Assembly: GCA_026023565.1 (NCBI GenBank)
Contig: JAPETS010000047.1
Span: forward strand, 1-64,000
From: Cirrosporium novae-zelandiae
Lineage: Eukaryota
Length of the DNA: 64,000 nucleotides
Direction of reading: 5' to 3'
In this document: piece by piece, positions 49,312-63,581 of the stretch
Numbering within the stretch: position 1 is the first letter of the stretch
How the letters are laid out: every line of letters starts with the position of its first letter
The notes under the pieces: generated by a model
Database searches by the model: none
What the model was told of the DNA's origin: nothing
What the model saw: only the letters and a program-made list of their open reading frames with translations
Program-made: the position numbers and the translations under genes

Positions 49312-52300
49312 TGTCGTAGTTGGAATGAGCACAACTTGAAATAAAGTGGGTGATGCTAATTGTCTTTGACATATAAAAAAGGGATGAACAATTTATTCAG
49401 GAAAAGCCTGATATGTTCGAAATATATTTATATACATTCTTTCGTGGCGCCCACAGGGAGGTCAATTGCAACCTGTTGAGGGTTACACAACGCTTCTATA
49501 TGTACGATATTCTTGAAGTGGTTAGGATAGCTATATACCACCACAAGAAAATTCGAGCCTCTATCGAGAATGAAGTCGCACTCGGGGGTTCTCCAACATC
49601 ATGCAGATAGGCTTATGAAGGGCAGACAGCCTTGTCTAACCTGTCCACCCCCAGATTCGATAGCTTGACCGTTTGAACTCCTTGTTAAGATATTAACAGG
49701 ATTTTGCCGTGCGTAGAACAAACCAACCAACCGCGTGGATGGGAGTGAATATTCACTCCCGGGGAACATAACCCGCAGCCTTGTTCAACCTGCCGTGTTT
49801 TCAAGTCTGAGCCACAGATGTTCTTAGAGCGGGGAAGGGAGCCATTGAAAGAATACTTGGCGTACACCTGCAATGTGTTTGGGTATAACCTGATGAACGT
49901 ATAGGTGTGATGAATCGCACAAGGTGTAACCCCAAGCAATCCCAAAAGGTAGGTTGCACAGGTTCCATCGTCATGGAAAAAATGAACTGTAATACTAGAA
50001 TATTATTATGCTGCAGAAGCCGGAAGTTCATCCCATCTAATGAATCTAATACCAGGACACACATATAGCATATTTGAAAGATCATGAAGGCCACGCCGAG
50101 GATTGTTACGGACAGCTATTGGACGCCACTTATGACTCATAAAGACATCAAGAAAGACATATTTCCTATTAGGGTTGGAAATAGAAAGAGGCCAGATCAA
50201 GTTGGACTAACTGTTTGACCTATAGGCCAACCACAGATTGGGCTTTTTTGCATATGTGCCAATCGGATCTTGATTACTGTGACCAAGCATTATTATTTGA
50301 ATCCAGATATTATACGAGTTCTATAGTGGCAAAGAGGATTTCTTCTGTGCATTATACCCTTCATACTCTCACTCTGAACGCCACATTGAAAGTTCGCGCC
50401 ATTTTCCTGTTAACTAGACCACTAGGATTCTCCCCTCCCCTCCCGACAAGCATATCTACCATCCAGCCAAAAAAAAAACCCTCAAACCCAACCAGCGAAG
50501 GGAATAAACTATCCTAGTCCAGTCCAATTCAAAGATGGCCATTACCGTGAGTAACATGAATAGTTCAGCCGTAACCGTCATGGTGGTTCTCAGCATCTGA
50601 TTTATACCATGCCGTCCCATCTCATCACGAGGTTCATTTCGACCACGTTAGATCCCGAAGGCCTGGTTGGTCTGATACTCACGACATCGGAGAAGAAAAT
50701 GGTACGGGAAAGAGGTGGTATGTGATAGACAAAGAAGCAGAAGAGGAGGAAGACAAGGAAAAATGAAGCTAGGAAAAACAAATGAATAAACAAGATAAAA
50801 TTTATAAATGGAATTGAAAAGAAAAATCAACGGGGGTTCGATTATCCTTCATACAAGTTCCCAGTTATACCTCGGATACAAAAAGCATTCAAACCTGATT
50901 AACCCCTCACCACACCCCCGTTCCAAAAAAAAAAGTCTAAATATATTGACGACAATGAGGATTTCAATTTTCAATACCCCTTGACCCCTGAAAACAACAG
51001 AAAAGACAAAAAAACCCCGACGGGATCAGAGAAGAAGAATGTTAATTATGGAATTGCATGGGTTGCCTTGGAGTAATTAAACTAGTTTGTTTTGTTTGTT
51101 ACGGCACAGACCGACCACTTTTAGATTAGAAACCCTGCATTGCTTCCTTACAATTTATTCAGTTTACTTTGCCCCCAGCTCCCAAGGGACCACCCTTTTC
51201 CCTAATACTTAATAATCCAGTTAACATAATGGGCCAGAAAGGGTATAAGAGAGGGTAGTAAGTATAACGCCTACGAGAAAGGAGTTGTATTGAGCTAATA
51301 GTGTACAGAGGGAAGGGAATGAACCTGACTTTAAGTGGATTGATGGATGAGTTTGTTCGTTTGTTATATACCTAAGGACTTATCTGTAGATCGGAATTAC
51401 CCCAAGGTCTATGTTTTTTTTTCCAGGTAGCTTGGTCTAGGTCTCTTTCATTGGTTTAAAACGTATTTCTACTAATGCTATCTCTCTATCTATGCACCTA
51501 TCTTCCCTCCTTCCTTCTCCCAGAAAAACCTCAATTCACATAAACAAGAACAGCAACAACGCCATCCATCCATCCCGCCCTCCTTGTGATGAAATGATTA
51601 CTTAGTTACACCTTGCGTGCGATGACACGAGGCGAGGAGTGAAGAGGAGAGCGAGGATCTTGTGTGAATGAACTGAGAGTAAACCTTTTAAAACAAAGGT
51701 AGGTCAGGTGCATCTTTGTATGTCCATATTATCTTTTGAGCCTGCTTTACACTAACAAGGGTGTCACGGTTCAGTTTGTAACATATAAGCAGCATAGATC
51801 ATTTTCTATAGAAAATAAGTACTCAAGTACCCCTCAGAGGGGTCTAGACTATGTGCACAACTGGAAAAACCAAAAAAAACCTGCAAACCTAGCAAATAAA
51901 GTTAATCCGTAACGAAGGGGCTGAGGGCTGCTGAGGTTTCTTTGTGAGAGCGAAGGAGAGAGAGAGAGAGAGATAAAGAACTATAATAAAAAGGTTTTGG
52001 AATTCCCTCCCAGATACATAAATATATTCTCAACTATACAGCACAAGCGTATATCAATCAAAAGCCCTTACCTTTAATTAATTAATACCTGATCCTGACG
52101 AAAATAGAAAAAAGAATCCAAAGAAAAGAAAAGAAAAAAAAAATCTGACCAAGTGGGTGGGTTTATCTATTGCATTTTTCATCAAGAAAGTATGGGGGGA
52201 ATAACAGAAGCAAAGAAAGGAAGTCCAGTCGTACGGGTATGAGGTATTGGGTATTATGGAGGAGTAATGGAGCTGCGCAAGTAAGGGAGGAGGGAGGGAG

Positions 52301-52669
52301 GGAGGGGAGGTTATGTCCTCAACATCAACGTCAACGGTATACAGTACATAACTGTCATAACACCGTTCCAGGGGGCTTCCCTTTTCCATACAAATACAAA
52401 CAAACAAATAGATAGATAGGAACCCCTATTACAGTCCCCCTACTGTACCATCACATGGCTGATTAAGGCTAGACTACTAATCAGGGAATACACCCTGGAG
52501 CTCTCCACCTTGGATTCTACATGTGGTACTGTGTGGTAGGGAAGACCTCAGTTAATTAATAATAAATTATTTATATTAGTTATAGCCTATAATTAGGTAT
52601 CGTAACGATATAGGAACCCCCTCCCCCCCTTTTTTTTTATCCAGGAGGATGACTTTTTTACTTGCTTGC

Positions 52670-52699
52670 ATAGATATAGATATAGATATAGATATAGAT
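52670..52699. repeat. (ATAGAT)n hexamer microsatellite in a long low-complexity intergenic region
   Basis: Directly visible. Confidence 0.75.
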
Positions 52700-53444
52700 T
52701 CCCCTTTGAAAAAAATAGAAAATAAAAAAAATAAGGAATTCCCTAAGCTCGACCTTGACCTCGACCGACATACTCACTTTCTTTTCATCTATTCATTCAT
52801 TAGTTTAACTCAACCTAATTACCTCCTACATCCTACTGTACTAGCCCTACTATGCTACTAAGCATACCAAGTATATAACGAACCCAACAGCTCCACATAC
52901 CACTACACTATACACCACACACTACACACCACTACACACCACAGACAAGTATAATATAATGATAAATAAATCTCCTCTTCGTGGATTTATTTCCACCTTT
53001 TTTATAGTACCTGTGTGATAGGTGATGCAGTAGATAATTAATGATGATGATGATAAGGGATTGGGATTAGATTATGAAGTTTAGTTAGGGTTGATTGATT
53101 GATTGATTGGTTGATGTATTGTATTAAGGGAAAGTGAGCATTTGTAGTCTATGTACATGTTACTTGAGTGAGTGAGTCTAAGAAGATAAGCTGTGGATTT
53201 ATAATAGTGTGACAGGGTACTGGGGGGTATAGATCTATACACCGCGAAGGGGGGGGGTCCGTGCCTCAAAACAAACAAACAGGGCAAACCATAGTAGCAA
53301 ATGTGAGGCAACTACTGTACTATGTAGTTCCATAAACACATTGAATGAATGCATATTTGAAGTTAATTCCCGCCCGCCCTACCCAAGATAACGCTATTCA
53401 AATTACACATCCAATATCAATACCTTCTTACAAGATAACCCCAT

Positions 53445-56350
53445 TTATACCGGAGAAGCATTCCCGTCAGTACAGACAGAAGCCGAAGCAGAACCGCAAA
53501 CCAGTGTCAGATTCGCAGAACTATCCCCAATCCAGAATTTCCAACTCTTAGTCGGGATGATCCAATTCTGCCTCACCACATCCCAATAGCTCAAATCTTT
53601 TCTCGTGAGGGACAGAACCACAGACTGGGAGGATCCGGGGTTGAGCTCTCTCGTTTTTTCGAAAGCTCGGAGTTGGATCGTGGGCATTTCTACCGTGGTG
53701 TTGAGAGCTTGGGCGTAGAGCTGGACGACTGCTTTGCCGGTGTAGTTTCCGGTGTTGATGACGGTGACGGTTACGTTGAACATGATGTCCCACAGGGCGG
53801 GGTTGCCGCCTTGGGAGCCGCCGGCAATGGGGATGGCGTGGGGGGTTGTGGAGTAGCCAGTTGGGTAGTCGAAGTCGGAGGATGCGGTGATGTTTTCGGG
53901 GTTGTCGAGATAGGGGTAGAGGTAGTCCTCCATGATGTCCAGATCGCTTGGGTAAGCAACCTCCGAAGCTGCGGGAATGCTTGTGTTGTAGGATGGGGTA
54001 CAACTTTTAGCTGTGCGATTTGGAGGTGCAGAGGTGATATTTCTAATCGTGGAGATTGTAGCTGTGTAGCTGAATTTGGTGTAGCTCAGACCATGTCCAA
54101 AAGCGTATCGGGGGGCGATACCTTCTTTATTGAGGTAGCGATAATCGATATAAAGACCTTCACTGAAAGTATCCTGGACCTGTTCATCGTCGGCCCCGTC
54201 CAGGCTGACGCTCTCGGGATAATCATCCTCTGATTTGATCAAACTATAGGGCAAATGTCCGGAGGGGGAATAATCTCCATACAAAATATCAGCAAGAGAG
54301 GTACCAGCTTCTTGGCCAGGAAGATGGGCAAAAAGCACGGCTTTGACCGTATCCATATCAATCCAATCCTCCATAAGAATTGGCCCGACAGTATGGACAA
54401 CGACTATAACGGCTGAAAATTTCGCTGCAGCTTCTTGAACCAGTGTGCTTCCGTTGTTCCATGGATCAAGCCCGTCATAAGTCCGGTCGCCATAATTGTG
54501 GTGCACGGTATCAGAACCTTCTCCAGAATCTGAATTAATGAAAACGATGGCGATATCGTCATCAGTTACGGTAATATTGGATGGGAACGTATTAGAAATA
54601 TGTGTTGTAATGTCGGTAGACCGGTTTCCGATAGCCTCGACGGGTGAAACGAGATAGGGATAATTTGCGGTTCCGCTTCCCCATCCCATACCTAAGATTC
54701 CGTCATTGCACGCGCGTTCATCACATGAATTAATTCCATCAGGATCGTTGGCGGCGTCGGCACCGAATATCTGAAGAGGTGTAGAATTCTTCAAAGGTAG
54801 TATACCGTCTTCGTTTTTGAGGAGCGTTATCCCTTCACGGGCCACTTGTCTGGCCACAATATTATGATCAGACTGCACATTGACAAACCGGTTCACAATG
54901 CCGGTTGGTGAATTCAAGGCCACAGGATACAAACTTCCCGTAGCATCTTCTGTATATGATGAAAAATTAATATCCGGATAATCCTCATCTTGACCCATTT
55001 TATACCATGTCGCAACGATACGCGTGACCATATCATTAAGACGGGGAAGAGGGACGGTGCCATTAAGGATCGAAGTTGAAAGCTCATAAGCCCAGTAAGC
55101 ATTACCGAGTAATGGAACCCACGCATCGCCAGGCATAGCCATATCAAGACCTGCTAAAGCTGAGGATACACCTCCTCTTTGAGCAAACCAATCAGACATA
55201 ACAAAACCTTGGAAACCTAATTCATCTTTAAGGATACCGTTGATAAGCAGACTGTTTTGACTAGCTTTCGATCCGTTCACCTGCCAAAGTCAGTGACCAA
55301 AATAGGTTTTAAAAGGATCAGTCCTTACATCATTGTAAGAGGTCATGACAGAGCCAACTTCAGCACGAACCGCCTCTGCAAAAGACCAGAGGTAAAGCTC
55401 ATGTAATTGTCTGTCTTCAATATTTGAAGATAGAGCGGGTAAGAGGCCATCATCCATACGATATCTTTCTTGTTCGTTTCCGATATAATGCTTTGCGCAA
55501 GCAATAACACCCTGACTTTGCATCCCTTTAATTGTTTGTGCTCCTCCCCAAGCCTGTAAAACTGGATCTGCTCCAAAGCCTTCCCAATTTCTACCGCCTC
55601 GAGGCTTGCGACCTAGAGGTCCAATAGTAGGGCCAAGTTGAACATTGACGCCTTTCCCTCGAGCTTCAGCGGCCAGGGCTGCGCCACGTGAATACATCAG
55701 ATCCTTGTTCCATGTGGCGCCAATTGTGATTCCGGCGGGGAAGGCAGTAACGTTTCCAGTCAAGGCGACACCGAGAGCAGAGTCTTCCAGGCAGAAGTTA
55801 CGAATACCGAATCGAGGAGCGCTCCCTGTGTTTCCAGAACATGGTCCCTAATTCAAAGTATCTGTCAGCCATCATTGCATAGAAATTTGATTTCGCTCTT
55901 ACCATATATATACCAGTGCCAGTGGTCAAATTGACTTTTTCTGCCAGAGTCATTTGACTGACAATGGCTGCAGCTTTAACATAAGCGTCCTTCCATTCCC
56001 TTACCCAACCGCCAGGTGGTGCAGGATAATCTATAAACGAATAAGTATATTCTATCTTCCCTTTTGTATATTTCCCTCTCACATGGTTCTCTGGTATACT
56101 CGCTAGGCACCGAACTTCGTTTTTGTAACACTGTTGCATTTAGCTGTTCATATTCTAACATGTACTGCTCGGTATTGACCCTTCCGATTAGATCGAGGAA
56201 CTCGACGGTTGTCAGATTTAGTGATGTGGCGGCAGTCGTTATTGAAGTTGTCGAAATGAAAGAGTCTGAAGGGTTTGAAGGGATAGAGATTGTAGAAACG
56301 ATACTAGAGAAGAACATAGGCAAGACGATAAAATTGATAGTAGGACGCAT
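53445..56350 (-). CDS. Secreted GH3 beta-glucosidase (BglF-like)
   Basis: Signal peptide. Motifs [43 protein letters not shown] (nucleophile), [14 protein letters not shown] and a C-terminal Fn3-like domain. Multi-exon. Confidence 0.93.
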
Positions 56351-57539
56351 GTTGAAAGTAGGCTAATAGGATCAAAGGCGTCGTGCCCAGATGAAGGAAT
56401 GAGAACCAACGATTCTATGAATTCAGAGGCCCCAAAAGAGCATGGGGAACTGCTTATATACTTCATGATGAGATCAATACAGTATTATAACAATAAAAAG
56501 TAGAAGCGTCGTGTGGCCTAGTATGGAAGGACATTGGCCGAATGAGCAAGTTGGTAGAACAAAGTTTTTTTTTTTCAATAATGTTCATATAGTGAGAGCT
56601 TAGAACATGACCCATTCTTCCAGGTATCCAGGAATAGGATTGAATCCGATTATGTACTACACCTAGGAGATCCCAAGATCTCCATCTTTCGACAAAGTCA
56701 GTGACGCCGGATAAGATGTCGCCGGTCAGCAACTGACCACTTATTAGCTGCCTGAGGCATTGACAGAATTAGGGCTTCGAGCTAGAGTTAAACCTTGTTT
56801 GGACTACTAGCTTAGCCTAATTATTACTTACTGCTACTAGTACAGTATAGATCTGATAAGATCCGCGGAATACTGAGTAGCTAGGTAGTCAGCATCACCG
56901 CCATCACTGTGAGGATGACATCCATACATACATATGAGAATAATCTCCCTACACAAGACCTCATGGTCAATTGAGCAATATAGTCTACAACCACTAGAAA
57001 CATAATTATAAGTCTCTAATATCATATCTACTAAGTAAAAATACAGGAATATTAGTAGCCGTATTCGTAAGGATTTTACGAGTGCGAATACGGTTGGAAA
57101 ATATATATTCCCCAAATTTTCTCTTTGAGGCCATTTAGCAACACCCCGTCACTTTTTTAGTATCTGACTAGCATCCCACATGTAGGAGATATTGCCATAT
57201 CGATCCCCGCACAGTATTGATCGTACAACAGAACATTGTAGTAAGCAAGTGACGCGTTGATTTAATTCCTTAACCGCGTATACAAGTAGGATCCATAACT
57301 AGGCCTACTTTAAAACTCCATTTGTCGAGAACCGAATCACCTGCACATAATTACACCAAGGCCTCTGTTTCTTTCTCGGCTAAGTCTATTGTATAGGGTG
57401 ACGACCACATGTTTACCTGGGAGTGCCAGGTCTATCTTTTTCAGACGATTGCCTGTGGTCTATCCAGTACACAATCGTTCCCCTTGAAGTCTGGCAAGGA
57501 CTCTTCTTACTGCGACCTGTTTGAAATGCTCTTAATTAC

Positions 57540-58197
57540 CTCTATTTCGATGACTTGATCCCTCGAACTAGTCAGGCCTCTGATGGGCAAGTTCGTTGCC
57601 TTCACTTCCATAGTGGCCTTATACCTAAATAATATTGATTATAACGTTTTCGGCTTTAATATCTGTAAACTATTATGTCAACGATCAAAATCTAATAAAT
57701 TCAGAGTCGGATACAATATAAAATATACCTCCATGTAAATAATCTATCTCGTGAAGTTCTGCAATCGCTTCTAAAATTGTACGACTAATCTCTTTGATCT
57801 GTTTTCTCGTGAATTTGGCTCTTTTTGAAAGACTTTGGAGATCTTCTCCTAGATGCTCGTAGACAAAAGCTTTCGGTTCATCGACGGCATCTAAGGGTAA
57901 TCGATTGAGAGTACTCTTGTGTAAGCGACGCCATATAGTTTCCTCCCTATCAAACTGACTTCGAGAGATAGTCTTCAACACATATTTTCTGTCATCGGTA
58001 CTACATCAGGTTAGATACACTGAGAAATACCGAAAATTTTAAGGCACTTACGTTACTTCAAAGACTCCATGCGGACCATCTGGCCTCTGCTGAATCAATC
58101 GCGAGATGGCATAATTTGTACCAGATCGAGCTCGGAGTGACTGGCCTATGGTGATGGAAGAGGCTGCCATCGTTAGACGTGGCATAGTTCGCTTCAT
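57540..58197 (-). pseudogene. Truncated protein kinase-like pseudogene
   Basis: YVLKT...FVYEHLGEDL...ILEAIAELHEIDYLHG|DIKP followed by a frameshift and stop. No recognisable C-lobe. The left end is approximate. Confidence 0.65.
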
Positions 58198-59359
58198 TTT
58201 AGAAAATTGAAATTTGTAAAGCTTTCATTGTGAAAATATATCAAGATATAGAGGGCATTATTACTAAGGCCATACCAAAGCGTTGGGTTAAATCTATATG
58301 AGGTAATGCAGTTACACGACTAACTAAGTTTTGGCTTGGCATCTGTCACTATTTTCTTTCGTGCGTATCTTCTATTCTGCTTTGACTCACAATCAAACCA
58401 CTCTTGTCTTGACCCCATACCTCAGCCATATCAAGCACCAGGGAAGGGCAGCGTTGTGAATAGACCAGATCGGCCCCCTTGGTCTGGTCGGTCTATCAAA
58501 ATCTGAGACCCGGTCTAGTCTATAGACTGTTTGGTTGCATAATATAATAGGGGTTTGATTGATCAGTTGACAATTATATAATATATAAATCAAGGTCTTA
58601 GTGGAAGCTTTGGTGGTGACTTTCCCCTCCCCTTTTGCCCCATCAAACATTATTCTAGCTAGCTAGCTGGGCATGTGGTATTCTACCGCTCATTGTCCTC
58701 AATTCCCAAGCTCTGCCTAATTATAATATAAACGTATATACGGAGGAAATTCGAGGCCATATTTGGGTTTTTGGGTACCTAGGGTGCGATGCTTGTTTGT
58801 TCCTGACATCAAGCCGAACTAGGTCTCTCGAAAGGTATTGGTTTGAACATGCGGATAGGGGTCGTGGGTATAGTTGTATAGGATAACGATAACTAAAGGC
58901 AACAAATAACGAAAGCTTTCTGTTTGCCATCCGAGGTCTAATGGGAAAGATCAGTCATGCAACCCTTGAACATTCAAAAAGCAAACGCACCGTCCAGATT
59001 CAACGGATGCGTGATTTTCAAGCCTTTTGCGGGCTAAGGCGGTTGGATTCGATTGCAAGATTTATTAAGTAAAAGTAGGTCATGGTTACCTTGTTTTTTG
59101 TACCTGTGACCTTGTGGTCTTTACAGTTTGAATGTACATGTAAATCAGAACAACACATGTTATTGTAAGAGGAGATTTCTATCACATAGTAAGAGTGGAG
59201 TCCTTGGATATGTCCAACGGTTCTAAAAATCGGGAGCCATTGGTCAATATCTCTAATTCACGGCCAATTTCTTCTATGTTTCCTATTGATACAACGAGCC
59301 TTGACAGTAGCCTCCAATTCTAGGTTCCCACAATGCACATATAGGCATAAGGCCCTCTT

Positions 59360-60527
59360 TCAAACATCTTTAAACTACGCATCCTGCAAAAGTTCCTTTG
59401 CGGTCGGCCTATCCCTCGGATCTAGCTTCATAATCCTACAAATGAACCTCCTATCCTCCCCGGAAAGCTCCTTGTCTTGTGCTAATGAAAAAGGCTTCCA
59501 CTTCTTATTCTCTTGAACATAATTCGTAGCGTAGCCTAGGATTGACCATCTCTCTTCATCCTCATCCGCGATTAGAGATGTATAGCTCAATGGAAATGGC
59601 CCAAAGAAGGAAGTTTGTTTTATTAGAACATGCATAGGGTAAATCGCATCGTCTGGTTTCGCGTCTTTGGGGTCGGGTTTGAAGATATGCCAGCCCAGTC
59701 CCCAGATCAAGCTTATGAGCTGTGTCAGGGGTAAGATCAGCAACAAAGAAGACGGCGAGAAACAATGAACAATTGTCAAATAGGGGTTTAGTCTCACAGT
59801 GGTACCAAAGAACCAGATATCCGTTGGAGCACCCCATCTCAAATTGAGCATAGCCTCCAGACTCCTGAACATGGCTGCCCCGATCCCATGTCCATGCTCC
59901 CCAACTTTGAGATGGTCCTTCGGATCCACACGCCACACGTCTCCACAATCACCTAGCTCAATTTCTCTAAACTGAGATGGCCCCTCGTTATGGTAGTCGA
60001 CAAGAATATTATCGGGCTTGATGTCTACAATTCGGCCTCCCATCGGTCATACCTCGAATATGGTTGGTATAAAGCAAGCAAGGAGAATCAACAGCGTGAC
60101 ACAATACCAGTATGCACATAGCCGTCATCATGGAAAGCCTGAAGTACCTCAAGGATTTTCTTAGCAACAAGCTTGATGTCGGATTTCTTCAGGATTTTCG
60201 AATGCGAGACGCTTAGTAGATTATCATCAAGGTGTTTTAAAACCAAAGCCTGCGGTTCTTGGATCTCATCGAGTAATTGGCGAATACCCAACCGGCCACG
60301 AAAGTGTCGAAGGACATTACGTTCGTTATCTAGGAGATGTTTAGGTGCCAATTTGATAATGAATTTATCGGCATTGGGGCCCCTGCCAAACTTTAGAAAA
60401 GATCAGGAATGAGTAACTTGATGGATTGGTACGTAGCGCTCCAAATGTATTTGTGGAGTTGATTGGAGATGATGTAAGCACCAAGGTTTCCTTCGATACG
60501 CTGTCCAATTTTGAGCACGGGAAGCAT
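59360..60527 (-). pseudogene. CMGC/SRPK-like protein kinase, probably mutationally damaged
   Basis: Motifs HT|DIKPDN, ELGDCG, FRSLEAM (usually P), TDIWFFG (usually S) and KLDPRDRPTAKELLQDA*F, with TAG where W is expected. Confidence 0.7.
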
Positions 60528-61507
60528 ATTTCAAAGACGTTGCAGTAAAAAGGCCGGAAGACGGCAAGAAATATTTGCTATATAAGTCATGGATGTCGCG
60601 AGCCGGTGTGCTGCAGCTATTGGTTATTGTCTGTGTAACATCGATCCAGGCAACCTTGGCATCGAAATCTTCCTAGAACACCATCACCTTTGCAGAAAAA
60701 AGCTCGAGTTTTTTGGGTATTACTATAATATAACGAAACAAAATAAGGACACCAGGTTCTGTTAACGTGATATAACGTAAGGGATACTTTCAAAGCTACC
60801 TAGGTACCTAGGCAGGTTGCACTACCTTTACCTCATAACAACACCAACAGCCAACACCTCTCCTCCGTGGACATTGAAATCATTTCCAGATGTTCCCTAG
60901 ATACCTACCTACTTATTCACTATATTTTGGAAACATCATAACTTTACAATCTCAACTCCAACTTCAACTTTGAAGGTTCCAGCTCACATAACCATCTAGC
61001 TAGGTATACACCAGTAGCGATGGCTATCCATCCCTATTATTCCTATTCTCTGAAGCATACCATAATCCGAAAGAGCTTTACCTGTTGCTCCTCTACCACA
61101 AAATCATGTTTCGTCCGACAGGGATACTCCCAACCACTATCCTGTTTCATTGTTTAAAACAAGGCCAGCAAGATGCATTATACTAAGCACAACGAACTGC
61201 AGACACTTTTCACCTATTGACTCTTTAAAAGTCTAATCCAGCAAACCATCACTATATAACAATATGGGGATAATGAGGTACCACCTTCCCCATTATATCT
61301 TTATAAAACTAACTCCCATCGCTAACGAAACATCCAGAACAACCTCCAAACCTGAAAACCCGACATGCCTTGCCAGAAACCCCTACCAACCATACCAATG
61401 TATAAAAACCTCCTCCATTCACATCCACATCCACATCCACCCAATCAACCAAAGTCCCATACTCAGAAAAACAAAAACGCTCCCTAACAACTCCCAAACA
61501 AACAACC

Positions 61508-61980
61508 ATGCCTCGCAACAAAATTCTCAGCTCCAAGATCATCGGCACCACCACCACGGCGATTAGTAAAAAGATTTTCCTAGCCGTTGCAACAAAAACC
61601 CAGAAATGGAAAAGACCTGAAAGGGCTATCAAGGCCGTCGCTGCGGGCTTCGCGAAGGCGGTCCAGGAGGCATATACTCATAATGGTGGTAGTGGTGGTC
61701 CTTCGTTGCCTAAGAATGCTAGGGTGCTTGTTATGCGGTAAGTGGGTTAGCTGGTGAAGGGGTCGAGGGGGTCTAGACTCGGGCTCGAACTCGGATACAC
61801 AAATTTATCATGTTTGGTGTGGTGTGGATGTGGGGAATGTTGACTGATGTGAAGGTGGTGGTTCTGGGCAGAGAGGGCGCGCATACAAGTCCTGGGGATA
61901 AGAGGAATCATTATACCGTGGTAGTTTTTGATAGGGAGGGGAGGCAGATTTCGGTGGTGCATTTGAGAGTGGGGGGATGA
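61508..61980 (+). CDS. Small basic protein (~110 aa) with H-x-S-x-x-D-x-x-x-H-x-T motif
   Basis: A GT-AG intron at 61738-61871 joins ...LVMR to EGAHTSPGDKRNHYTVVVFDREGRQISVVHLRVGG*. Confidence 0.6.
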
Positions 61981-62932
61981 AGAAGTAGCGGTGGGTGGAG
62001 GAATGAAGGAAAGAAGGAAAAGTAAGGGGGGGCTGGAGGTGGGATCTCTTTTTCTTTGCTGGACGGTGTGAATGGTGGATGGTGCGGTAAGTGTTATTCC
62101 TGCTATCACATACATACATACATATAAGAACGACAATGAGTACTAACAAACATCAGCCTCCTGATAATGAATTCTATAACCATCAACAGTCATACTCTTA
62201 CCTCTTCCTTTCTTTCCTTTTCTTTCTTCCTTTTTTGCTTCAAAAAAAAAGCAAAGCCGTCATCTATCCATCCACGATAAACATACATAGATAAACAGTC
62301 CCAACTCCACTCCACGAGCACAAAAATCCATCACTCCATAAAATTCACGAAAAAGCAAACAACAACAATCAAAAAGAAATTCAAATATAACTACATACCC
62401 CATTCTCCAGTCTCCATCCTCCCATCCTACCGAACCCTTAAATCGAAATTACCATCCGAGACCCCTATCACCAAAGAGACGCTCAGGGAACAACACAACA
62501 CAACACAGTATCAGGTAGTTACCCCGACCGCGTAATCCAAGCCCCATAGTCACAACTAGGAATATATAATACATCCTAGCAATAGGTACTTACTCAAGTC
62601 GATAGATGGGTACTCCGCGTGCTCTATTTGGATTACCTAGTCTGGTAACTAGGTACGCACGTAAGAGGGTTGTACTGGCTTGGGCCTTTTTACTCGAGTA
62701 GGTACACCAAACACTGGATATGATATCCGCTAAAGTAGCAAACGGTCAAGATATCCCATATCCCTTTTTCAGCTTAATGAGAGGGGTACTAGACTATCGG
62801 AGTGTAAATATTAGCTTACCCCTTTGATATATATAACGGTTTTAATAGCCTAAAGGAAACAGAAAAGGAAAAGAGAAAAGAGGAAAAAAGGTATATGTTG
62901 GTGAGTTGGAGTTAAAAAAAACTGACCTTTGA

Positions 62933-63128
62933 TGTTAGGGAATAGACTAAGCTAATTACTGTAATACTAGTAAGCCTAAGTCCAAGGCACATGCCCTAAG
63001 CCCCACCTTATAAGGTAAGCTTCCTCCCATACCTTAGCTTTTTTAGACCTCAACCAATAATTACACACCACACCAAGTTACTCCTCCTAATTAGATAAGA
63101 AGACCCCTTATCCTAAGGCGACGTAACA
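62933..63128. mobile_element. Possible degenerate solo LTR
   Basis: TGTTAGG...CGTAACA termini, ~196 bp, TpA-rich. No clean TSD. Confidence 0.35.
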
Positions 63129-63581
63129 ATAGATAATCAACCTAGAATAATTAGCTTATATAATCTACCTAGGTAGGTTTTTTATCCCTCACATCTGAGG
63201 TGGCCCCTACGCAATAGTCTATAGATTACTTGAAAGTTGGTTCATTGATTGAACCATTTAAGAGGGAAACTCCAATGATAATAAATTCATTTGGCTCTAA
63301 AACATATATTGTGGGAAACAAAGATATATAATTAATAAAGGATAGGCGAAATAGTTAGGATTTGGTTTGCCGAAAATGAAAAAATGAAAATAAGAATGAA
63401 GAAACATGTGGAGTTGATGATGATGCCCCAAGATGCAAAAATGCCCCTTTTTGAATCCTTTGACCCTTTACCAAAGCCCCCCATCCCATCCCCTCAGACT
63501 CCCAGCCGAGGAGAGGCATAATATTTACCTAATCCTCTCCGTTCTATGCCTAATAATCCTCCCGTATCCACATCCATTCCT

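Noticed and set aside
49685..49850. Stop-interrupted frame MAPFPALRTS...LNKAAGYV vaguely like the N-terminus of the adjacent NTase
   Set aside because: The GG/DxD motifs are not recovered; the resemblance could be chance.
50200..53400. Numerous 60-110 aa ORFs here and antisense ORFs over real genes elsewhere
   Set aside because: They derive from homopolymer/microsatellite-rich DNA or are shadows of opposite-strand genes; no domain signal.
58461..58520. GACCAGA...TCTGGTC hairpin with GGTCT repeats, possible DNA transposon end
   Set aside because: No matching second terminus or transposase found.
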